Assembly (NCBI GenBank): GCA_028534125.1
Contig: CM052845.1
Coordinates: 5,146,097 to 5,210,000, forward strand
Length of the DNA: 63,904 nt
Origin: Lama glama
Lineage: Eukaryota
Reading direction: 5' to 3'
Shown here: positions 23,337 through 36,830 of the stretch, in pieces
Layout: every line of letters begins with the position of its first letter
Position numbering within the stretch: the stretch's first letter is position 1
Program-made: the position numbers and the translations under genes
The notes under the pieces: generated by a model
Seen by the model: only the letters and a program-made list of their open reading frames with translations
Database searches by the model: none
What the model was told of the DNA's origin: nothing

Positions 23337-26300
23337 CTGAAAGACACAAGAGAAATCCTAAATGGCCAACGCGGGCGCAGAGCCGAAGAGCCACCCCAGG
23401 ACATCAAATGAAGTGCTATTGGGTTTTTGGAGCTACTGCTCAGAGAAAACGACAGATGCAGCCAGCCCAGCTGTACTGCCCTTTCACACAATAATCATGT
23501 TTCTAAAAGACCCTGAATAAATCCAAGGGATGCTAGGTAAATATCTTAATGGCATGAAGGCAGCTTACCACATAATGGATTCTTGAAGAGAATCAATTTT
23601 GCAAAGAATAGAATAATTTTCAAGGAAAAACAGGCCACTCCTTAATTTGCTTGTTTGAGGAAGTCCTACTGCCCTGCCAAGTGTTCTTTACATTTCATCT
23701 TTCCTGGAGGGAAGACATGAGGTCCACGTACAATGACAAAATATGGGTGAACTCCTTTGCTTGTCTATGACCTGGGGTGCATGCATCCACAGCGGTCTAG
23801 GGTGAAAAGGTAACACACGGTCTATGAGTCAAGAGAGAGGAGACCAGAGCTCACAAATATGAATTTCAGCTTTGGCACACATCACTCAGTTCAAGAGAAC
23901 ATTGACAACATCGGTTGAAGGTATTTACAATCATTATGAGCGACCTTCTGTTGCCAGATATGAAAAGGGCTTCATCCCACGTGCTCTTATGTCCATGGTG
24001 AACGTTTTCTAGTGCCAATTAAATGCTCGACTCTAATACTTTTTGGTGGAAGAGGACTGGTCTCTAACAGGGCACATGCTGTTTCTCCCATACCTCTCCT
24101 ACTCCATCCTATTGAATGCATGGGCAAAGCAAAAATAAAGCGTTAGTTTGAATTTAGAATGTGGGTGTCTCCCCAACCCCCAAGATACATTGCGGCTACT
24201 TTCCAACCCTTTTGCTAGATGCACACTGGGTGTGGTTCATTCCTGAAGAGATCCATAATAGTTCCTGCAACTCAGCTTGGCGTTTACCCAGGACTGCATG
24301 AGCCTGAAAAAGGACTTATCTTGGAAAGTGTATAAAAATGGAAGGTGGCAAGTGCTAACTACATAAATGATTTCCCTACAGATTATGTGGTAGGTACACT
24401 TAGTAGGTCCAAAAGTAATTACTATGTCACCCCTGTTGGTCTTAGCAGATAAAATAAACCCTTCATATATTTATTTACCTTGTAATTGCATGCCATTTAC
24501 TATGTGTTCACTGCACCCTAATACGGTACTTATGTTATCAAATGAGTAGAGCTAACTGTACAAGTAAAGTAAATTTATTTTCAACAAAGTTAGTGGACTA
24601 TAAAATAAGGTGCTACCAAATTAGAGTGAACAAGGAAATCAAGCAGAACCAGTTCAGTAATAGGGCAGTAAACACATAAAGGTAATTCGCAAGGGAGAGC
24701 ACAGCCATCCCAAAGAATGGAATCTGAAAGGTCAGAGGATTATCAGACACTTAACAGCCACAACAGCCTAGGAACTGAGAAACAGGGTGTGATTTAGGCT
24801 TCAGTTCCAACTGCATGATGGTCCAAGAGGGAGAGGGATGGAGGCACTGGTGGTGGTTTTCCTGACTACCCAGAACCACGGACATGACGACTGATGCCAA
24901 CGCCAATGTGCCAATGTCCGCCTATGTCACATGGGGAGTGAGGAGGGCAGCTATCACCCACTGACACTTCAGCCACTCTCTCCTCAATTCAGTTCCTTGG
25001 AGGGAGCGATTAGAGAAGAGAGGACACAGGTCACAACGGGTGCAGCAAGCCTGGGTACCAGGAGCAGTGAGAGGACTTTGGATGGAAACCAATTAGCCTT
25101 TTCCCCTCTTCTTCCTTCCAGTTCCATGGGCGCTGCCGACTGATGACACCATTGTCTTAAAAGGTGTATCTGGGGAGAACACACCTGCTTCGCAACTGAG
25201 CATACACTGAGAAACAGCCGGGCAGCGCACTGAGTGCAGCTGCTCTGCTGCTGAGCTGGCAAAGTAGAGACAAAGACATCTTTAGCTTCCCAGGTACTCA
25301 AATAGGAAGGATCAGGGGCCAGAGGACGATGAGGGCGAAAATACTTCTGCTGAAAATGCACATCACTAGACATGAAATCCTGAAACAAAACTAAGAAGCA
25401 GAACATTCTTGGATTCCTATCTTGTTCATTATGTTTCCACCCTTTTGCTACCCAGGTAACCAGAATTCTCCATCCTCCAGATACAAGTCCTGTTTTAGGA
25501 AAGAACCCCTACATAGGCCTTCAGACTCTGGTATAAATCTTCAGACAGCTCATCGCGTTTCCTGTCCTGGGGATATCTGCAGGATCTATTTAACTTAAGG
25601 GAATGAAATACTAAATTATACAATTTTAAAAAATGAATATGGAGGCTTTGAGAAGGGTAGGGAAAGAAGGGAGAGAGACCTGCATCTCAAGCACTTGGTG
25701 GGACCACCTGATCTAAAAACCAGAAGTCAATGGACTCCTACGGAAAGGTAAGCAAAGTGAATTTGTTTCACAAGAACAGTCTGTCCTGGGGATTCGAAGG
25801 TTCAGGGTCTCATCATTTCATTCATTCAACATGGATTAGGTGAACGTCAACCATGAAGTGGAAGTGAGGATACCTAAGTGAATTAACACATGGTCCATAT
25901 TCTCAGTTAGTGACAGGATCCTGCTATCTGAGCGCAGCTACAGAGGTAGACACGAGTCCTCAAAGCCACATGTGCATGTCTCAAGAGCTTTAATCAGTCA
26001 TCCTCACTCACAACGCAAATTCTTCTGAAGCTGAGTCATCATGTTTCTTCTTCCTCTCATTATTTTTCTGCTCTTTGTCTACCTGTTTTTACTTCATCTC
26101 ATTTTTTCTTCTCTTTTTTGCCCCTCCGCCCCACCATTTTCTAATCTATTTCTCCAGGAAAGTAGCGTGGGTTTCCTTATAAGGGTTTCTGTGTGCTTAT
26201 AAACACTAACCAATTTCCTTTTCATGTTTGTTCAGGACTGGCCCCAGAAGAGGTTGGTTGTATATTTTTCCCTAGAGTTTCATGGGAGAAGGGGAAGGCT

Positions 26301-28860
26301 GGCTGTGTGTCTGTGAGCATGAGTACTGGTGGGGGGGGGGTGCCACCGCAGGATCACCACATGCACGCGTGTGTGTATCCAGAGTGCACACTCAGTTCTG
26401 GTCAATACATCAGAAGCCATTGCTGTTCCTTCCCAGGGGAATCACTCCAGCCACCTGACCACAAGATGCAGACTCTTCCTAGAACTTGACATCTTTCTCC
26501 ACGTCCATCCCTGTGTTCATGCTCTCCGTGGCTGTACTGCCTACACCCCAGATTCAATGGAAATGAACTTACCTGCTAGGTGGACCCCTGCTAGCAAAAG
26601 GCCCTGTGCACCTTTCAGATTACAATGACAGGTCACTGTAACACACCCCCCCTCAAGTAGACATCTCGACCCCACCCATCTCTACCTACCCCGTCTGTCA
26701 GGTGCTGGCGCAAGGGTCCCCTCCCCCAAGAAAGCAACTCTGTCCTGGCCACTCCAGCCAATCCAGCCAACCCATGGTTTTCTACATTCTAGGTTCCTAC
26801 AACTCACTTTGGATCATACTTTTGATGTTTAATTATCTGAATGCTAGTGCATTCTAACTGCTTTAAACTCTTCACAGCCAGTTGTCTCTAATTTCCCACT
26901 GAAATTTGTGAATCATTGTGTGCAACAGTCTGCTGACTGCCTGCCTTGGACTCAGACTGTGGGAAGAGAAGTAGGAAAGAAATCGCAGTCTGAGGCTGGT
27001 TTTGGAGCCCCTGCCCTAGACTCTCCTTTCCTTTACGTCCGCACACGGATGTTCACGCCTGTCTGCCGTTACATGCCATGCGGTGCTGGTCTGCTTCCTG
27101 AAGGTGATTTTGAACAGGAGCGTTCATACCTCGTGACTGATCAGGCCATACTGCCTTTTGTGGGCACAGGGAACTTTTCCCTGACTTTCTGTCTACCTGT
27201 CAACATGTTATTGATGTCTCTCCTGTGTTTTCATCCCTATTTTCCTCTCTCCAAGAGTCACAAAAGCTTCAGGCAAAACTCAGAAGGACCCAACATGTGG
27301 TAGAAAAAATTATGTGCAATCTATAGACTAAAGAAAATAACAACAAAAACACAACGGATGGGGCAATCGCTTGTCCTCCAAACTAGCCGGGAACAACAGA
27401 GGAGCCTGTTCACGGCTGGGAGCAGTGTGCAAGAGCTACAGGGAACGGCTACCAAGATTAATAGCTGGAAACTAGGAGCCCAGAAAGGAAATGTTTATGG
27501 GTTCATCTGGCCTGGAGGAAAGAGCTATAAAGTGCCTTGTGATCTTTAATGCATAAAGTGTTGTTGTAAGAGAAGACACCCACAGCGGGTGCTCAGTGAA
27601 CCTTCATTTATGATGAGCCAGTAACCAGCTCTTCCCCCTCGCTCACAAGGGCTGCAGAGGAGGACACGGCCTTTTATGACAGCAGTTGGGACTCTGGTTA
27701 GGTATTAAAATGACCTTTTCTACAATAAGAGTTGTTAAAAAACTGCACTGTATTGCGGAGGGAGATTGTGAAATCTCCTTTCAGAGGCTCTCAAACCCAG
27801 CACGACCTGACAATCATCTGCAGTTATTTTATTTATTTAATTTATTTTTTGGGTCAAAGCTGGTGAGAAGGGCTAAGTGACCTTTCAAAGCCCCTTCGAA
27901 CTTCAGACTTCAAAAAAGAGGTATTAACAAGTTCTTGTCTTCGTGAATTATAATCACCCCTGGTCATTTATAGTAACTGATGCCCCCTAAAGAGAAGGGC
28001 TGTTTACTTACTTCACCTTTCTTTCTTCACATGACTCTCATCTGAAAGACATATTAATGCCACTTACAAATGGAAATGTAACTCAATCCCCATGTTATGA
28101 GCTTAACTATATATCAGGTTAGAATCTATTTTACAGGACAGGATAGCTACACAAAATGAATAAAGGAGCATAGCAAAATGCCTTTTGAAACACATGCTAT
28201 TCTGTTTCATCTCATTAGATGCTGCAGAATGACCACTGCTCCCATTTCAGAAAGAAAAAACAGCAGCAGCAATGACAAGCAGCTTGAATTGGTGTATATA
28301 TGAGGCAGCGAATTACTGAAGGAGCCATACAATAAATATTCACAAAGAGAGGCTAAGCTAATGGAAAGCTCAAGCCCCAGCTGCTGTGCTGGGATCCACA
28401 GAAGGCCAGGAAACAGTCGTCTCGGGACCCCACACCTCCACCCAGCACAGGCAGAGCTAGAGATACAGAGCGATGTGACAAAACAGTTAATTGCATGCTG
28501 AAACAGAAGTTACTGTTAAGAGTTCTTTATATTTTGCTGTCATGAAGAAGCAGTAGCTTTTTCTTTAATTTAACACATAAGAAAGTAACTTTTAAATGGC
28601 AGCCATGCTCAACCATCACGAGCAATTCCAATTATATCTGCATTGCTTGGAATCTCATAACCCCTTCCTTGACCAGCATCTCAGCTTCCCCAACTTCCCA
28701 TCCTTAAAAACCTCATTACTGGAATGAATGGCAACAATATCATATTCTTAAGCAGCACTTACTATATGCCAGGCACTGTTCTAGTAACTTTATCCTTATT
28801 AATCATTTCCACCCTTCCAACAACCTTGTAAAAATGTATCCTTTTAAATGTGTCAACTGA

Positions 28861-29435
28861 AGCAGCACTATATACAATAGCCAAGACATGGAAACAACCT
28901 AAATCTCCATTGACAGATGACTGGATAAAGAAGTTGTGGTGTATTTATACAATGGATTACTACNNNNNNNNNNNNNNNNNNNNNNNNNNNNNNNNNNNNN
29001 NNNNNNNNNNNNNNNNNNNNNNNNNNNNNNNNNNNNNNNNNNNNNNNNNNNNNNNNNNNNNNNNNNNNNNNNNNNNNNNNNNNNNNNNNNNNNNNNNNNN
29101 NNNNNNNNNNNNNNNNNNNNNNNNNNNNCAAAACAGAAAGAGACTCACAGACATAGTAAACAATCTTATGGCTACCAGGGGAAGGGGGTGGGAGGGAATA
29201 AATCTGGGAGTTTGAGATTTGCAAATGTTAGCCACTATATATAAAAATAGATAAAAACAAATTTCTTCTGTATAGCACAGGAAACTATGTTCAATATTCT
29301 GTAATAATCTTTAATGAAAAAAATATGAAAACGAATATAGTATGTAGATGCATGCCTGGGACACTGTGCTGTACACCAGAAACTGACACATTGTAACTGC
29401 CTGTACTTCAGTTTAAAAAAAATATTGCAAAAAAA
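28861..29435 (+). mobile_element. 5'-truncated L1 inserted into a MIR (contains N gap 28964-29128)
   Basis: Peptide AALYTIAKTWKQPK and L1 3'UTR. TSD gtgtcaactga at 28850-28860 and 29436-29446. MIR halves at about 28740-28860 and 29436-29540. Confidence 0.92.
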
Positions 29436-29644
29436 GTGTCAACTGAGGCAAGAAAATCACTTGCCTTGCCCAAAGCCTCATAACTGGATTCAATCCCGAG
29501 CAGCCTGGCTCCAGAATCGATGCTCTGGCTCATTCTTTATCCAGCTGTTAACCTCTGTCCTGATCACACTGCCTGATAGCTTTTTTTTTGAGGGGGGGTA
29601 GGCACCTTAGTGAACTCTGGTTTTTCTCTGACATGTTTACTTAC

Positions 29645-29740
29645 TCTTTTTTTTTTTAATTGAAGTACAGTCAATTTACTATGGATTAATTTCTGGTGTA
29701 CAGCACAGTGATTCATTTATACATACATACACATATAAAC
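29645..29740 (-). mobile_element. L1 extreme 3' end fragment
   Basis: Poly-T then aattgaagtacagtcaatttac...tttctggtgtacagcacagtgattca. Confidence 0.8.
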
Positions 29741-30615
29741 ACTCATCTGTCTTCACTCTCAAATGGCTTAACCATAATGCTGTGGGGCTTCCCTGCCTCT
29801 CCTCCCTGCCGTCTACACACCTGTACCCAGGGCAACGTGAACTGCTGGAGGAACTCACAAAAGTATACTGGCAAGTATCATTAAAAAAGCAATGCTCTGC
29901 AAACTCACCTGGGCCTTCTTTGCAGCTGAATAATTATTTTATTCATGTTCTATGACCAAATAACACTTTTCATCAAAACAGTTACTCTGAACTGTGTTTT
30001 CTTTCTTCAATACCCCTACTTCTCACCTGTCCCCTTTCTAGCTGAAAAACTAAAGGCTGCCCTGTGTGACCCCCTCCTCCCCACCACACACAACTCAAAA
30101 TTCCTCTGCTCCTGCCTGTGTTTTTCCTTTCCTTTCCTCTGTTCCCCGAACAGCTGCTCCTCTGCCATGTCAGGCCAGCTCTGCTCCGCCCTCTCATGCC
30201 TCCACGGGGGACCTGGCCTCATTCATTATTCCCTTTTGGTCTTGCATCTTTAAACTTTGCCTCTACACCTGAGCCTTGCCTTCTGCCTGCAAACACAGTC
30301 TGGTCTCCCTAATCACCTCCCCCACATCCTTCTGCCTGCCTACTCTCCCATAAACCTCTCAAAGATGCAGTCTTTTTTACATCCGTGGAATTCTTAGCTC
30401 TTTGCTGAAAAGAAACTAAAGCATTTTTAAAAATATTAAACATTTCTTGCTACGTTTTCCATAATCTCTCTAGCAAGTTGACTCCTGTTTCTGTTAAAAT
30501 AATTTTAAAAAACAGAATGCATGCATACAAAGAGAAAATGTTTTAGGAAGTATGAAGTTACACTCCACCAAGGGAAAATTTACCTCCAACTACCCCTACT
30601 CCAAAAGTAACCACT

Positions 30616-30736
30616 TTTTTGGGGGGCCGGGGAATTAGTTTTGTTGTTTGTTTATTTAATGGAGGTACTGGGGATTGAACCCAGGACCTCACGCGTGCTA
30701 AGCACACACTCTACCACTTGAGCTATACCCTCCCTA
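30616..30736 (-). mobile_element. tRNA-Ala-derived SINE (camelid Vic-1 type) with perfect 14-bp TSD
   Basis: Minus strand GGGAGGGTATAGCTCAAGTGGTAGAG...GGTTCAATCCCCAGTACCTCC plus A-rich tail. TSD caaaagtaaccact at 30602-30615 and 30737-30750. Confidence 0.92.
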
Positions 30737-31902
30737 CAAAAGTAACCACTCTTGATAGTAACTTTGAGATCTTCCAGAACAACCAAAAAAAATCCATTTT
30801 TAAATCATTTTTTACTCTAGAAGTTGTTACTATATTATTATGTTTCCATATTATATTTCCTTTACTGTACTTTGCTTTTTTTCCCCCATGTACAATATCC
30901 TGTATGTCTTTCCTATCAGAATCACAGACTTACTTCACTTCTTTTCACATGTGCTTAGCCCACTGCCTGGCTGTAGAGGGATTTAACCAGCTCATTATTT
31001 CTGTATCATCTGATTGTCCTCTTGCCCTTTAAAGTCTAACTTTTGCCCAAATCACCGTTCCTTCTTGGAGACTGTTCACAACCACTCCATGAACAGCAAT
31101 GTTCTCTTCTGTTCCACTGCAGCAGTAAGACGAGAACAGCCAACCCTCCCTTTATGGAAAAAAAAGTCCCTTAAATTCAATTCTCCAACTTTTTTCTTTC
31201 TTTTTGTTCAGTAACTACCCTTCCTTCTGCAAGTTCTATAGAAGAGCTTTAAAGCTCAGTTCCTAATCCTTTTTGCCCATCTGATCAGATAATTGCTCAC
31301 ATGCAGACAGAGCTAACTATTCCTTTGATGCTGAACAGTCCCAAATCAAGATCTCCTGCCTCGTCTCTGGTATGAAGACCTCATCCTCTGTCTCCTCCTG
31401 CTTGAGGGACAAAACCATCCCGCAACTGTGTGTTGTGCTAACATCTCATATGTGTCACCTAACTTACAAACTCACCATTCTCTTCTCTTCAAATATTTTC
31501 TCTTGAATTCCCTTTTTCTGGTAATGACATCACCAGTGACCAGGCTGCAGACTGAAGAGTTCTTCCTTTTCTTTCCATTGACTCCTTCCCCAAACCACTC
31601 ACGTGCCTCACTGACTGCATCCCCCATACCTCCTTCACCTCAGTTTTGGTAGGAAGCACCCACGTCTCATTCTACTTGGTACCCAGGCCCCAGTCTTTGT
31701 TCACTCTGAACCACTTTCCACATGGGTTACTCTTCCCAAACAGTTTGGGTACTGCCACTCCAATACCTTTTAATGGTACTGAGTTCGCTCCAGCAGGGGC
31801 TTATCTTATAGCTCAAGACACTCTCTGCTCTGCTCCATCCCAGTTTTCTACTGCATCTGCGCCTTCCTCCACACGGACCTTACTCTTTGGCTACATCTGA
31901 CT

Positions 31903-32231
31903 GTAGGAACACTTCAGAGATTTTACAGGCTCAGTCCCAGGCCATGCAATAAAGCCAGTACCGTGGTAAAGCCAGTCCCACGGACTGCGTGCTTTCCCAG
32001 CACACATAAAAATTATGTTTACATTACACTGCAGTTTCTTAAGTGTGCAACAGCATTATGTCTTAAAAAAAAAAACCCCAATGTATATGCCTTAACTGGA
32101 AAATACTTTATTGCTAAAACGTGGTAACCACCATCTGGCAACTCAGGGTTGCCACAAACCTTCAATGTGTGAAAAATTCAGTATCTGTGAAGCTCATTAA
32201 ATAAAGCACAATAAAATGAGGTCTGCCTGTA
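31903..32231. mobile_element. Internally deleted Tigger1 MITE (Tigger1a_Art-like)
   Basis: Both Tigger1 termini joined in about 330 bp. Right end gggttgccacaaaccttcaa...aataaaatgaggtctgcctg-ta. Confidence 0.8.
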
Positions 32232-32421
32232 TCCATCTTTTTCAGGTAGACCTTGCACTTGAGTAACTTTTCTTTTTGTTCAGACTTTCTGTTCTCACTG
32301 AAAGGCTTTCCCTTCCAATATTTGTTTTAATTCTAACCATTCTTCCAAGATTGACAGTAATCTATTTTATAAAATATTTCGTGATAGTGCACATTCAGAT
32401 ATGTTTTATCTTCCTTTTAAG

Positions 32422-32607
32422 TAAAGTTGCCAGATGAAGCAAATAAAACTATGACACAGTTAAATTTGAATTTCGGATCAAGAATGAATAACTTTAGTAG
32501 AAGTATTTCCCATGCCATATTTGGACATGCTTATGTTAAAAATGTATTCATTGCTGATCTGAAATTCAAATTTCACTAGGAGTCCTGTATTATATCTGGT
32601 AACTCTA
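32422..32607. mobile_element. MER53 palindromic hAT MITE
   Basis: gttgccagat...aaatttgaatttc pairs with gaaattcaaattt...atctggtaac. Confidence 0.85.
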
Positions 32608-33681
32608 ACTTTGGACTGAAAAGCGACTGTGCTTTTTCCCATCAGATAGGAAGACTACATTAAAAATGAGAAACAAGAGTCAAAAAGCAGGATTTGAACT
32701 CCAGCCCTTGAGAAAATGACGTCAGTTTATTTAACTTCCTATTCTGGAAATTGAACATATAAACTCTATACCTTTGAAAACAGTACCAGGTGGGGAGATG
32801 GGGCCTGTGAATTCACATTTTTAACAAGTGCCCTGGATTATTCTGATGCTGAAGAACATTTTGGACTATCACTTATTCACTGTGTCTGTGCTCAGTTCTA
32901 AAGGCATTTAATGAGCAAAACTCCCATCATGACCAGTAAGGTCAACAATATCATTGAAAATGGTATTAAGAAAAGACATACATTTCAGATGGAATAAAAA
33001 TTAGATAATAAAAAGACTGAGAGTGGTAAGAAAATTACAAATGTTGCTCATATACATGGGTTGAATTGATTCACAGTAGGGATGATTCTGAAGGACAAAG
33101 CAAGTCATGCAATTTGTGGGAAGTGCTATATTTATGTAATTGAAAATAATCAGCAGGAGATGAAGAAAAGTGATGGGTAAAGTAGAGAAAAAAAAATGCA
33201 TGGCTAGAAGATCAGCGTTGATCCCCGGAGCCTAATGTTAGCTTAGAAGAGTCTAGAAATATACTGAGAATTTAAAGATATGGTTCAAAGTCACAGACAG
33301 GTCTGTGGGTTCAAGGCACCATGTAAGTCTACACAGCCTGGAAGAGAACGTACAAATTGCCAGTGTAGACTGTACATCTTCAGAGAAGTTCCCTTACCCT
33401 ATGAAGATCATAAAGAACAGGGGTTCTCAGAATCCACATTATTCCACTATAGATGAAGGCAGTGTATTTGGGGAAAAGATGGAAAATGGAGTGAGTGTTA
33501 GAAGAGAAATACCCAATTTCAGACTTTGAGGACACACTCGGGCCGTTCTTTGACAGAACTGTTTCTGGGACGCACATCAACACCTGGCACAGAATAGATG
33601 ACTATTAAAAACTATCTCCTTTCCTTCCCTTTTCTCAAATCATTTATCTTCTACTTTGTACTGAAGTTGTGGGGAAGAAAC

Positions 33682-33782
33682 TTTTTTTTTTTAGAGGGGG
33701 AGGTAATCAAGTTTATTTCTTTATTTTCATGGAGGTACTGGGGATTGAACCCAGTAACTCTACCACTGAGCTATACCCTCCC
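33682..33782 (-). mobile_element. Vic-1-type SINE with internal deletion
   Basis: ggaggtactggggattgaacccag and ctctaccactgagctataccctccc, with the anticodon region missing. Confidence 0.88.
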
Positions 33783-33954
33783 ATGGGGAACATTTCTCAT
33801 TTTTTCCTTCATGTTTCTCTGGGCCAAGACTTTCTATAGATAACTGTGATAAATATCTACTACATGACTGCGTTAAACTATACAGAAGCAAACTCTTTAT
33901 TTTCACCTTAACACTACAAGGCTCAGTGTGGAGGTAGCAGGAAGGGGCAAGACC

Positions 33955-34630
33955 ATGATAACAACTATTTATTGAGCATCTAATCCATACTAGGCATGGC
34001 GGTGAGTGCTACAAGCATAGGAATGAACAAGATGCTACACTCTCTACCGGATGGCAGGAATCACGTCTATCAGGGAGGGAATCCAGCCCAGGATAAAGGC
34101 AATGAACATGCAGTAAAGAAATAGGGAAATTGTTTAATACTGAGCAAATTACAGGAGTAACTAACCCAGACTTGGTGTTTGAGGGAGGGAAGGAGAAGAC
34201 GGCAAATGCTTTGCAGAAGTGACACCTAAGTCAAACCTGAAGGAAGGATAAATTCAACAGGTTGAGATTAGGTAGAGAGAAAGTTTCAGGCAGAAGTACC
34301 AGAATGTGTAAGGCACTATATGGCAAAATGGGCACAGGCTGTCCCCAAAACGAAGAAGCTTTGTTTGGCTGAAGAATCTGGGAAGTGGTGAGAGAATTGG
34401 AAGAAAAATATCTCAAGGTTAGGCTGCTTGAGAGAAACTGATGTGATTAAAAAGGCCAAATGAGACCAGATATCTCATGTATATCAAGTACTTTGGACTT
34501 TATCTTCAAAATCATGCTCAGCTATTGAAGAGGTTTAAAGGAGGTGATGTGGCCAGAACTGATGGTTTAGAAAGATCAGAGAAATTGATGTAGGGCAAGA
34601 CTAGATACAGGAAGCAACTGCAGAAATTTC
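33955..34630 (-). mobile_element. L2 LINE 3' portion (probably resumes at about 35980-36280)
   Basis: tatttattgagcatcta...ctaggcatgg...atgaacaaga followed by purine-rich L2 body. Confidence 0.65.
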
Positions 34631-34669
34631 TGTTAGGAAGAAAAATGGCTTAAACTTAAAAAAAAAATT

Positions 34670-35976
34670 TCGCCTGGGACACTATTCTCTTCTCTTGGTT
34701 TTTCTCTTACTATGCTGGCTGTTGTTTTTCTGTTTCCTCCGCAGTGACTTCTGACCGCCTCTACATCTAAATGATGATGTCCTTCAGGGCTCAGTCCTCA
34801 GATACCTTCTCTATTCACACTCATTATCTGGTGATCTCATTCAACCTAATGGCTTTAAATATCATCTGGACACTGACAAGCCCCAGATTTATGTCACCAG
34901 CCAGGACTCTCCTCTGACCTCCAAACTCATATATTTGGCTGCCTGTTTAACCTCTCCATTTCGAGGCGTAAGAGGTATCTCAAATTTAGCATTTGTGACA
35001 CTGAGCTCCTGCATCTCTTCCCAGACGTGCTCCACCAACTTCTCCCCATATCAGTGTTGGCCAAGTCCCTCCTCCGAGTGGCACAGCCCAGTTTGGAATC
35101 ATCCCAAATGCTTTTTCCTTCTCTCACACTCTACAGCCAATCCATCAGCAAATCCTTTGGACTCTGCCTTCAAAAGATACCCAGAACATGACCTGCTTTT
35201 ATAATTTCTAATGCCATCTCTCTGGCCCAAGCCACAGTCATCTTGAATCTAGGTTACCGTAATAGCCTAGATTATTGTAATAGATTATTGTTACGATAGA
35301 TCATCGTAACAGATTTCCTCGCTTCTGCTCTGGTTCCCGATACGTTTATACTCTACCGGGCAGGTAGAGTTTATCCTTGAAAATATGAGGTCATGTCACT
35401 ATGAATAAAAAGCCTCAATGGCTTTCCATTTCGCTCAGAGTGAAGGTCAAAATCATTACAATGGCCTGTAATACACTTGGCAGGTTCTCCCCTCGCCCCA
35501 CTTCTTTGACCTTAGCGATGCTGACTCTTCCCTTTGGCACTCTGCTCCACATATCCTGACCTAATTTCTTCCTCGGACACTGCGACGAGCTCCCCCCACA
35601 CAGCTTCTGCCTCCTGCTGTCCCCTGCAGTCTCTCCTTCCAGACACCCAGAATGGTTGTGTCTGCTTTTTTTCAGGTCTCTTTTTAAATGTAATTTTATC
35701 CACAGAGAACTTCTCTGAACACCTTATATGAAAAAGTCACACTCCCTCCAACCCCGCCCCAGCCCCTTATCCTGCTGTATTTCTCTTCATAGCACTTATC
35801 ACCCCTCCACGGCACTTGACCCTCTACATTGTCTGGTTTGTTTCTCCATCTTCCCTCACTAACGCTAGAAGCTTTGTTTGAGCAAAAACTATCTGTTCTG
35901 CTCAGTGCCGACTCTCCACCTCTTGAAACACATCCTCGCCCGTGGGAAGCTCTCAATAAACAGCTGATGAATGAAT
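34670..35976 (+). mobile_element. L2 LINE 3' portion
   Basis: cagggctcagtcct...atggctttaaatatcatct...ctctgccttcaaaa, ending ctcaataaacagctgatgaatgaat. Confidence 0.85.
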
Positions 35977-36506
35977 CGAGGGGTGGCTAGAAAAGAGTGG
36001 AAATGGAGAGAAGTTGGTGAACTTGAGATCTACTGAGGTGGCAGAATGGTTCGGTTGTAATGATTCACTGAGTGCTGGAGGAGGAGAGGAAAGAGAGAGG
36101 GGTCTGGGAGGCTGTCAAAGTTATGGACCCCGATAATTGAGTTGAAGGCAGAGTATGCATGGGACTAGAGAAGATGGGAGTTAAAAACAGGGACCGAAAA
36201 GCATGCACTCAGTTTTGAAAAAGCTGCACTTCAGGTTACTGGGAGACATTCAGCTGGAGGTGTCTGGGAGGTAGCGGACTCTAGAACAGTAAATCGGATT
36301 CGTGTTTAGCGTTCATTTCTCTTAGTCACAGAACAAGTCGGTGGAACGGGGATGAGAGAATTCTGAGTTACTTGCCATGGGCAAAAGAAACCCTTTCCAT
36401 CCCGGAGGTGAGCCTGCTGAACCAGCCACTCCTCAGGGGCTCACAGCCTCTCACAAAGCCACAGCCCCAGCCTCCGGGAGTCTCATTGTCTGAACACAAC
36501 CATTTT

Positions 36507-36830
36507 NNNNNNNNNNNNNNNNNNNNNNNNNNNNNNNNNNNNNNNNNNNNNNNNNNNNNNNNNNNNNNNNNNNNNNNNNNNNNNNNNNNNNNNNNNNNNN
36601 NNNNNNNNNNNNNNNNNNNNNNNNNNNNNNNNNNNNNNNNNNNNNNNNNNNNNNNNNNNNNNNNNNNNNNNNNNNNNNNNNNNNNNNNNNNNNNNNNNNN
36701 NNNNNNNNNNNNNNNNNNNNNNNNNNNNNNNNNNNNNNNNNNNNNNNNNNNNNNNNNNNNNNNNNNNNNNNNNNNNNNNNNNNNNNNNNNNNNNNNNNNN
36801 NNNNNNNNNNNNNNNNNNNNNNNNNNNNNN
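36507..36830. other. N gap (324 nt), content unknown
   Basis: Run of N. Other gaps are at 17384-17562, 23129-23260, 28964-29128 and 59152-59307. Confidence 0.99.
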
